Positions 9,028-16,393 of a DNA stretch of 64,000 bases are shown here, piece after piece. A program made the position numbers and the translations under genes. Under the pieces are notes generated by a model. The model was not told the DNA's origin, ran no database searches, and saw nothing but the letters and a program-made list of their open reading frames with translations. The DNA is from Polyangiales bacterium. GTDB taxonomy: Bacteria; Myxococcota_A; Polyangia; Polyangiales; Polyangiaceae. The DNA lies in assembly GCA_038231275.1 (NCBI GenBank), contig JBBRLQ010000014.1, positions 96,001 through 160,000 on the forward strand. Reading direction: 5' to 3'. The first letter of the stretch is position 1. The number at the start of each line of letters is the position of its first letter.

Positions 9028-10680
9028 TCAGACGAGTCGATCGGCGAAGCTCCTCGTACCGGCGCCGCGCACCAGGCGATCGGCGATCGACTCGGCGACG
9101 GCGGCGATGGTGAGCGACGGGTTGGCGCCGAGCGCCGAGGGGACGATCGCCGCGTCGACGACGAAGAGGTTCGGGTTGCCGAACACCTCGCCGTTCGGAT
9201 CCACGACGCCGAGCCCCGCGTCGGACGCCTCGGCCATTCGGCACCCGCCGAGCGGATGCGCGGTGTTGACGGTGCCGTCTTTGCGATAGCCGTCGAGGAA
9301 CATCTCACCGCCGAGCGACTCGTAGATCCGGCGCATCGCGTCGATCGCCGCGGACCACCGGCGCTCCGTCGATGCGGCGGTCGATTGCCACGCGACCTCG
9401 ACCCCGTTTCCCCCGCGGCCGAGGCGCACCTCGCCCTCGCAACCGTCGAGCGCGAGGCAGCCCATCGTCAGAATGCGGCTGCCGAACGATTTGAGCGTCT
9501 GCTTGTACGCGCCGCCCCAATCGCGCGCACCGTCCTCGAGCGTCGTCGACGCGCGGCCGACCGCGCGCGGATCTTTGGCGCGGAGGAGCGTCGAGGGCTG
9601 CCCGAGGCTCAGGTAGAGCGGCGCCGCGTAGAAGGGGATGAGGATGAACTGGTGCTGCGTCCAGTAGCTCGGGCAGAAGCTCGACATGGGCTTGCCCTTG
9701 TGACCCTCGACCGCGAATTCGTAGTCTTTCCCGACGACGCCGGTGACGCCGTAGTCGCCGTTGCCGGAGACCTGCTTGCCGACCATGTTCGTGGGATCGA
9801 TCGCGCGGCGCTGCGCGAACGCGGGCTTCGTGCGTAGAAGCAGGCCTGACGAGCCCACCGCGCCGGCGGCGATGACGAGCATTTTGCACTCGATCTCGAA
9901 GCGCACCGACGGCGTGACGCGGCGATCGGTGCCCGAGACGACGTAGCCGTCCTTCGTTGGCAAGATCTGGTCGACGTCGCAGCCGCTCCAGAGCTCGACG
10001 CCCGCGCCTTTGGCGTCCGCGAGGTAGTTCTTCGTGAGGTTCTGGCGGCCGGAGAAGCGTTGCCCTTGGTTCCACCAGCCCTCGTTCGCGTCGTCCTCGT
10101 CGGCGAGCTTCAGGGGGACCGCGGTCGCGCCGATCTTGCGGCAGCCGTCGGCGAAGACGAAGTCGCGCTTGGTCGCGAGCTGCCAGTGCGGGACCTTCGC
10201 GTCGGTCCACGCGAGGCGGTGCACGTGGAGCATCGCCTCGACCTTTGTGTAATACGGCGAGAGCGACGCGCGGGAGTAGACCGAGGGCCAGAGCCTGCGG
10301 CCGTCGCGGACTTGCTCGAAGGCCTCGGTCGGCGCGCGGAGGCTGACGCCGTCGTACGCGTTCGAGCCGCCGCCGACGCCAAGCCCGGCGATGACGTTCA
10401 TGCTCGGCGTTCCGGATTTGAACGCGCCCGCGGTGTCGGTGAAGAGCTGCGCGACCTTTCCCGACGACTCGGGCGACAGCGAGTGCCGGAAGCGGTTGCC
10501 CTGCGCGTTGAGCGCGCCGCCGGTCGAGGCCGGATCGAACGCGCCGGTGTGGTCTTCGCCCTTCTCGAGCACGAGGATCTTCGCCGCGCCGCCCGTGAGC
10601 TTCGCGGCCTCGCCCAAGCGCGCGGCCATGACCGCGCCGCCGAAGCCCGAGCCGACGATGACGACATCGCGGAAGGCCAT
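9028..10680 (-). CDS. GMC oxidoreductase, cholesterol-oxidase-like flavoprotein (no signal peptide)
   Basis: VVIVGSGFGG FAD motif, GVGGGSN, HPLGGCRM, ANPSLTIAA. Start ATG overlaps the upstream gene's stop. Confidence 0.88.
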   Translation of the reverse strand: MAFRDVVIVGSGFGGAVMAARLGEAAKLTGGAAKILVLEKGEDHTGAFDPASTGGALNAQGNRFRHSLSPESSGKVAQLFTDTAGAFKSGTPSMNVIAGLGVGGGSNAYDGVSLRAPTEAFEQVRDGRRLWPSVYSRASLSPYYTKVEAMLHVHRLAWTDAKVPHWQLATKRDFVFADGCRKIGATAVPLKLADEDDANEGWWNQGQRFSGRQNLTKNYLADAKGAGVELWSGCDVDQILPTKDGYVVSGTDRRVTPSVRFEIECKMLVIAAGAVGSSGLLLRTKPAFAQRRAIDPTNMVGKQVSGNGDYGVTGVVGKDYEFAVEGHKGKPMSSFCPSYWTQHQFILIPFYAAPLYLSLGQPSTLLRAKDPRAVGRASTTLEDGARDWGGAYKQTLKSFGSRILTMGCLALDGCEGEVRLGRGGNGVEVAWQSTAASTERRWSAAIDAMRRIYESLGGEMFLDGYRKDGTVNTAHPLGGCRMAEASDAGLGVVDPNGEVFGNPNLFVVDAAIVPSALGANPSLTIAAVAESIADRLVRGAGTRSFADRLV

Positions 10681-11468
10681 CAGAGGAGATCTCCGTTCGC
10701 GTCGAGGACGAGCGAAAGATCGTCGCCGGGCGTCGGCTCCGGCTCGCGGTTGTAGGTGTAGTCGTCGAGATCGCCGTTCGCGTCGAGCTGCTCGAGGCTC
10801 TCCGTCTTCGCATCGACGAGGCGCCCCTTTTTCGTGCGCGGGTAGCCGCTCACCGCGAGGCCGTCGGCAAAATTTTCGAACGCCGGAAATCCCACGTCGC
10901 GCAGCCCCGCGTCGCTCTGGACGGCGCCGAGGTACGCCGTCAAGCACGCCGCGCGCACGACGAGGAGCGCCGGCTTCTGCGCAGGGTCGGCGAACGCCTG
11001 GTCGACCGCGGCCTCTTGAAGCGCGCGCGGGAGATCGCGGAACGCCGTGAGCGGCTTCTGCACGAGGGCGGCCACGTCGAGCGCCGCGTTGAGCTGCGCG
11101 CGGAAGACGCCGTCGAGATCCTCGAGGCGCGTCATGACGGCATCGGAGAACGAGGGGAGGAGCCCTTGCGCCTGCGCAAGCGGCACGAAGCTCGCGACGC
11201 GCATCACGTGATCGACGCCCGCCTCGCGCGCACCGACCGAGGTGACCTTGCCGCTCGCGTCGCGCTCGGCGGGGAGAAGCACGTCGGCGAGCGCGTCGAG
11301 GTTGTCGGAGTAGCCGGCGCCCGCGGCATGTCCGCTCCCGGTCTCACCCGGCAACGTAGGGGACGGCGCCGTCGAGTCACTCGCGAACGTCGGACGGCAA
11401 CCCGCCGCGAAGAGACCAAGGCCCATCAAGGCCTCGAGCGCGCTTCGTCGGGTCATTCGCGGCGACAT
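10680..11468 (-). CDS. Tat-signal lipoprotein, gluconate 2-dehydrogenase subunit-3-like partner of the GMC enzyme
   Basis: MTRRSAL twin-arginine signal with AAGC lipobox. LDALADVLLP...GAREAGV and FRDLP..Q patterns resemble dehydrogenase small subunits. Confidence 0.68.
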   Translation of the reverse strand: MSPRMTRRSALEALMGLGLFAAGCRPTFASDSTAPSPTLPGETGSGHAAGAGYSDNLDALADVLLPAERDASGKVTSVGAREAGVDHVMRVASFVPLAQAQGLLPSFSDAVMTRLEDLDGVFRAQLNAALDVAALVQKPLTAFRDLPRALQEAAVDQAFADPAQKPALLVVRAACLTAYLGAVQSDAGLRDVGFPAFENFADGLAVSGYPRTKKGRLVDAKTESLEQLDANGDLDDYTYNREPEPTPGDDLSLVLDANGDLL

Positions 11469-11581
11469 GGTCCACGGAGGGGTAGCGCCTGGGCGGAAAG
11501 GCGTTACCGCGCTTTTTGGAAACGCCCGTTCTCCCAACGCTTCCGAGCGCTTCCGCGTCGGCAGCGCTAAACCCCTGCTCG

Positions 11582-13468
11582 ATGTCGGGCTTCTGCACAC
11601 CTTTCGCGCTCTTACGGGGGCTTGCGGCCCTCGGCGGGCTCGTCGCGGTCGCGGCGACGGCGTCGTGCGGCGATCGGAAGCCGGCCCCGGCGCCGCCGAG
11701 TGGGTACGAGGTGATCGTCGTCGGGTCCGGCGCGGGCGGCGGACCGCTCGCGGCGCGCCTCGCGCGTGCGGGCAAGCGCGTTCTCCTCCTCGAAGCAGGT
11801 CAGGACGTTGGCGGCAACGCGAAGTACGAGGTGCCCGCGATGCACGCGCTGTCGACGGAGGATCCGGCGATGGCGTGGTGGTACTTCGTCCGTCACCACG
11901 CCGATCCCGCGATCGACGCGACCGACTCGAAGATCACGTCGCAGGGCGTCCTCTATCCGCGCGGCAGCGCGCTCGGCGGCTCGACCGCGGTGAACGCGAT
12001 GGTCACCGTCCTGCCGTCGCGCTCCGACTGGGACCGCCTCGCCGCGCTCTCCGGCGATCGGTCGTTCCGCGCCGACGCGATGGACCCGTACTACGATCGC
12101 GTGCGCGAGTGGCTCGGCGTCGAGCTCGCCGATCCGGGCCTCGCCTCGGGCGATCGCAAGGTCGCCGGGTACCTCGGCGCCGCCGCGCAGACGTGGCGCG
12201 GACCGCTCGGCAGCGATGCCGGCGCGCCCGATTTCGTCGGGGCAGGCGCGAGCCTTGCGAGCGTCTATGCGCGCGATCTGAACGACGCGCTCCGCGGCGG
12301 CGAGACCGAGGGCCTCTACCGCCTCCCGCTCGCGACGAAGAACGGCGCGCGCAACGGCAGCCGCGAGAACATCCTCGCCACCGTCGCCGCCGGTTTCCCG
12401 CTCACGGTCGAGACCGGCGCGTTCGTCACGAAGGTCCTCTGGAGCACCGTCGCCGGCGCGCCCGTCGCGAAGGGTGTCGAATACGTCCGCGGCGCACACG
12501 TGTACGGCGCGAGCCTCTCGCCCGCGAAGGCCCCCGACGCGCGCGTCCAGGCGTTCGCCTCCGCCGAGGTCGTCCTCGCGGCCGGCGCGTTCAACTCGCC
12601 GCAGCTCCTGATGCTCTCTGGAGTCGGCGATCCGGCGAGCCTCCGCGAGAAGGGCATCGACGTCGTCGTCCCGCGGAGCGGCGTCGGTCAGAACCTACAG
12701 GATCGCTACGAAGCGCCGGTGGTCACCGAGTTCCGCGCGCCGATCGAGCTGCTCGCCGGCTGCGCGCTCGACGGACCGCCGGAGAAGGACGCCTGCTACG
12801 CCGACTGGCAGCGAGGCGAGGGCGTCTACAAAACACCGGGATTTCTCGCATCAATTCTCACGCGCTCGTCGGCGTCGCAGCCCCTCGCGGACCTTCAGGT
12901 GTTCGCCGTCCCGACCGACGCGCGCGGCTACTACCCGGGCTACTCGAAGGACAGCGCGGCCGCGAAGAACCGCTTCACGTGGCTCCTCCTCAAGGCCCAC
13001 TCGAAGAACCACGACGGCACCGTGCGCCTCGCCGACGCGAGCCCCTTCACGCGGCCGGAGATCGCGTTCAATTTCTTCGACGAGAAGAGCCCGCTCGCCG
13101 ATCCTGATCTGCTCGCCCTCGTCGAGGGCGTGAAGCTGGTGCGGCGCATCGAGGAGCAGATGCGCGCCGACGTGTCCGACGATCCGGTCGCCGAGGTGTG
13201 GCCGGGCGTGGGTGTGAAGACCGACGCCGATCTCGCGACGTGGATCCGCAAGGAGACCTGGGGTCACCACGCGTGCTGCACGGACAAGATGGGCGACGCG
13301 GGCGACGCCAGCGCGGTCGTGGACGCGCGCTTTCGTGTCATCGGCGCGCGCGGCCTCCGGGTCGTCGACGCGTCGGTGTTCCCGGAGATTCCTGGCACCT
13401 TCATCGCGCTGCCGACGTACATGCTCGCCGAGAAGGCCGCGGCCGTGATGCTGGAGGACCTCCGATGA
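11582..13468 (+). CDS. GMC oxidoreductase (choline-dehydrogenase-like) with lipoprotein signal
   Basis: TASC lipobox, VIVVGSGAGG, RGSALGGSTAVNAM, AGAFNSPQLLMLSGVG, VGQNLQDRYE, LRVVDASVFP. Confidence 0.9.
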   Translation: MSGFCTPFALLRGLAALGGLVAVAATASCGDRKPAPAPPSGYEVIVVGSGAGGGPLAARLARAGKRVLLLEAGQDVGGNAKYEVPAMHALSTEDPAMAWWYFVRHHADPAIDATDSKITSQGVLYPRGSALGGSTAVNAMVTVLPSRSDWDRLAALSGDRSFRADAMDPYYDRVREWLGVELADPGLASGDRKVAGYLGAAAQTWRGPLGSDAGAPDFVGAGASLASVYARDLNDALRGGETEGLYRLPLATKNGARNGSRENILATVAAGFPLTVETGAFVTKVLWSTVAGAPVAKGVEYVRGAHVYGASLSPAKAPDARVQAFASAEVVLAAGAFNSPQLLMLSGVGDPASLREKGIDVVVPRSGVGQNLQDRYEAPVVTEFRAPIELLAGCALDGPPEKDACYADWQRGEGVYKTPGFLASILTRSSASQPLADLQVFAVPTDARGYYPGYSKDSAAAKNRFTWLLLKAHSKNHDGTVRLADASPFTRPEIAFNFFDEKSPLADPDLLALVEGVKLVRRIEEQMRADVSDDPVAEVWPGVGVKTDADLATWIRKETWGHHACCTDKMGDAGDASAVVDARFRVIGARGLRVVDASVFPEIPGTFIALPTYMLAEKAAAVMLEDLR

Positions 13469-14697
13469 TGCGCGGAGCCCTCCTCGTCGTCCTCGCCGGC
13501 GTCGCCCTCTCGAGCGGCGCGTGCGCGGCCGACGCGAGCACGTGCACGGGCCTCCGCGACAAGCTGCGCGCGTGCGGCTTCACGACGACCGATCAGGTCG
13601 ACTGCTCGCGCCTCGACACTCCGAGTGAGGAGGCGCTCCTCCAGCGCCTCGACGAGCGCGGCTGCGGCGGCGTGGCGGTAGGGGACTCGGATGCCGTCGA
13701 TCCGCGCGTGTGCGCGCTCGCCGGTTGGTCGTGCCCGGGTTCGCCGATTCCCGATCCCGGCCCCGCGCTCCCCAAAAACGCAGTCGTCCTCGTGAGCGGC
13801 ATTGACGGCTCGCCGACCTTCGACTGGAACCCCCGTATCCTCTCCACGCTCCGCACCGCGGGCGTCGACGCGCATCACGTGAAGGTCCTCCCGTGGGCGA
13901 CGACCGCCGATCGCGCCGCCGATCTCTGGGCGTCGCTCCAGTCGGTCCGCGCGCGCGGCGGCGCCAAGCTGAACCTCGTTTGCTACGCGGTCGGCGGAAT
14001 CGACTGCCGTTACGTCGCGAGCCCCAACGGCCTCATGAAGGGCGACGCCGCCGGATACCGCGAAATTACCGCGTCGATCGCGTCGATCACGACGATCTCG
14101 ACGCCGCACCACGGCACGCGTGTCGCCGACGCGACGCTCTCTGCGCTCCAGAGCGGCACCGCGGCCGACGTCCTCCAAGCGCTCGTCGGCGATCAGGCGC
14201 CGGCCGGCGTTCCGGCCAACGCCGCGCTCGTCTCGACGCTCGACGGTCTCACGTTGGACGCGCTCTCGGCGTTCAACCAGACGATCACCGACGCGCCGGG
14301 CATCCCGTACCAGTCGTGGGCGGGCGTCAGCCACGTCCTCGGCCGCTCGTCGACGGCCACGGACGACGCGATCAAGGCGCACTGCGTCGACGCGCACGGC
14401 GCCGTCTCGTACATGCGCCACGACGGCACGAACGATCTGATGAACGAGGCGCTCTGGATCACGTCGCCGTTCGCGAGCACGTCGCGCAACGATCAGGGTC
14501 GCGTCGTGTCGAGCCCCGCCGACGGCATGGTGTCGATCGAGAGCGCGAAGTGGGGCGAGTTCCGCGGCTGCATTCCCGCCGACCACTACGACGTCATCGG
14601 CCAAGTCGGCCACACCACGCGCGACGGCGTCACAGGCTTCGATGCGCCGCGCTTCTACCTGTGGCTCGCGGGCGACCTCGCGGCGAGGGGGCTCTGA
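13465..14697 (+). CDS. Alpha/beta-fold triacylglycerol-lipase-like lipoprotein with degenerate nucleophile (probable pseudoenzyme)
   Basis: Lipobox SGAC. KLNLVCYAVGGIDCRY replaces the HSxGG elbow. TISTPHHGT, ADGMVS and PADHY are retained. Confidence 0.82.
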   Translation: MMRGALLVVLAGVALSSGACAADASTCTGLRDKLRACGFTTTDQVDCSRLDTPSEEALLQRLDERGCGGVAVGDSDAVDPRVCALAGWSCPGSPIPDPGPALPKNAVVLVSGIDGSPTFDWNPRILSTLRTAGVDAHHVKVLPWATTADRAADLWASLQSVRARGGAKLNLVCYAVGGIDCRYVASPNGLMKGDAAGYREITASIASITTISTPHHGTRVADATLSALQSGTAADVLQALVGDQAPAGVPANAALVSTLDGLTLDALSAFNQTITDAPGIPYQSWAGVSHVLGRSSTATDDAIKAHCVDAHGAVSYMRHDGTNDLMNEALWITSPFASTSRNDQGRVVSSPADGMVSIESAKWGEFRGCIPADHYDVIGQVGHTTRDGVTGFDAPRFYLWLAGDLAARGL

Positions 14698-15944
14698 TGC
14701 GCGCCACGCTCGCCCTCGTGACCCTCTTCGCGGCTGCGGTCGTCGCGCCCGCGTGCGCGCCGCAGGCGACGTCGCAAGATCGCTGCGGCGAGATGAAGCG
14801 CCAGCTCTCGGTGTGCGTCGGCAACGTCGTCGAACGCCTCGACTGCACGCGAATGACCGACGACGACATCGACCGCCTGTCCGCGGCGACGACCACCACG
14901 TCGTGCGCGCTCCTCCAGGACGCGCTTCCGATCGACGGCGATCCGCAGTCGGCCACCTGTCGCCTCATGGACGTGGGCTGCATCGGCGCGGTGACGCCGG
15001 CCGCCACCTTCGGCGCCGCGAAGTACCCCATCGTGCTGGTCAACGGAATCGACTCGTCGCCGCTCTTTCGCTACAGCGACCGAATCGTCAAGACGATGAG
15101 CAACGCGGGTGGGCACAAGGTCTTCCTCGCGACGCTTCCCGCCTACGAGACGCCGCAGGTCCGCGCGCCGCTCCTGCTGCAGCGCATCGTCGACGTGCGA
15201 CGCCAGACCGGCGCCAGTAAGGTGAACCTCGTCTGCCACTCGCTCGGCGGGCTCGATTGCCGCTACCTCGTGAGCCCCGGCGGCCTCGTCGCGGACACCG
15301 GCGTGGAGGCCGCGACGCACGTGGCGTCGATTACGACGGTCGCGACGGCGCACCGCGGGACGCGCGTAGCCGACGTGCTCCTGGATGTCGTGCCGGACGG
15401 CGATCGCGGCCGGATCGTGAACGACTTCGCGTCGCTCGTCGGCGACTGGTTCAGCGACAAGGCGCTGAAGGAAGACGCGCACCTCCGCGACGCCATCCGC
15501 GCGCTCACGACGTCGCAAGCCGCGGCCTTCAACGCCGAGATCGTCGACGCGGCGGGCATCTACTACCAGTCGTGGGCCGGTTACAGCCGCCCGTTCGGCC
15601 AGTCGACGCCCGATCACGACGCGCGCCTTCGCGAGCTCTGAGCCCCGAGCGATCCGGCGGACGGCGACGGCCTGCCCGGCTTCGGCGCGTCCGACTACAT
15701 GGCGCTGCCGCTCGTGCCCTTCGCGGACGTGATCGGCAAAGAGGATCCGACCAAGGCGATGCCCAACGACGGGCTCGCCGGCGTCGCGTCGACCCGCTGG
15801 GGAACCTTCCGCGGGTGCGTGCCGGCCGACCACATGGAGCAGCTCGGGCAGCGCAGCATCCCCGACGTCAACGTGCGCACGGGCTTCGACGTCGCGCGCT
15901 TCTACGCGAACGTCGCGGGCGATCTCCGCGCGAGGGGGTTCTGA
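14697..15944 (+). CDS. Lipase-like lipoprotein interrupted by a single in-frame TGA at 15639-15641 (recoded, nonsense mutation or sequence error)
   Basis: Lipobox APAC, KVNLVCHSLGGLDCRY, TAHRGT. After the TGA the same frame continues to PNDGL and PADHME and ends GDLRARGF, paralleling the end of the upstream lipase (GDLAARGL). Confidence 0.8.
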
Positions 15945-16369
15945 TGCGCCGCCTCGTCGCGCTCGTCGTCGTGCTCCTCGCCGGCGGCGCCGGGGGATGC
16001 GCCGAAGAGCCGCTCCCGACCGGCGACGACTGCCAGCAGGCGCGCGCCGTGTTCACCAAGTGCGGTGTCTCGCTACCGATCCTCACCGACGGCGCGTGCA
16101 CCGGCATGCAGCGCGTCGTCGCCCGGTGCGTCGCCCATCACGCGACCACCTGCGACGATCTCTCCACGCTCCTCGGCCGCATCGACGTCTGCGCGGCGGA
16201 CGCGCTCGATGGCGGCGATCTCGCGCCGGTCTCGGACCTTCCCGTTCCGCCCCCCGCCGACGCCGGGGCCGACACCGCCCTCGACGCGCCGCTGGCTCCC
16301 ATCGACGCCACTCCCTCCGTCTTCGTCGACGCCAACGTCGACTCCGCCGACGCGCGGACGACGGACTAG
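15944..16369 (+). CDS. Small Cys-rich lipoprotein
   Basis: MRRLVALVVVLLAGGAGGC signal. ATG overlaps the preceding TGA. Six further Cys and an acidic tail. Confidence 0.75.
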   Translation: MRRLVALVVVLLAGGAGGCAEEPLPTGDDCQQARAVFTKCGVSLPILTDGACTGMQRVVARCVAHHATTCDDLSTLLGRIDVCAADALDGGDLAPVSDLPVPPPADAGADTALDAPLAPIDATPSVFVDANVDSADARTTD

Positions 16370-16393
16370 CCCCCTCCGGATCACGGTGCCCTC

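Noticed and set aside
15699..15944. 81-aa ORF as an independent gene
   Set aside because: It is in the same frame as, and homologous to the missing C-terminus of, the lipase starting at 14697.
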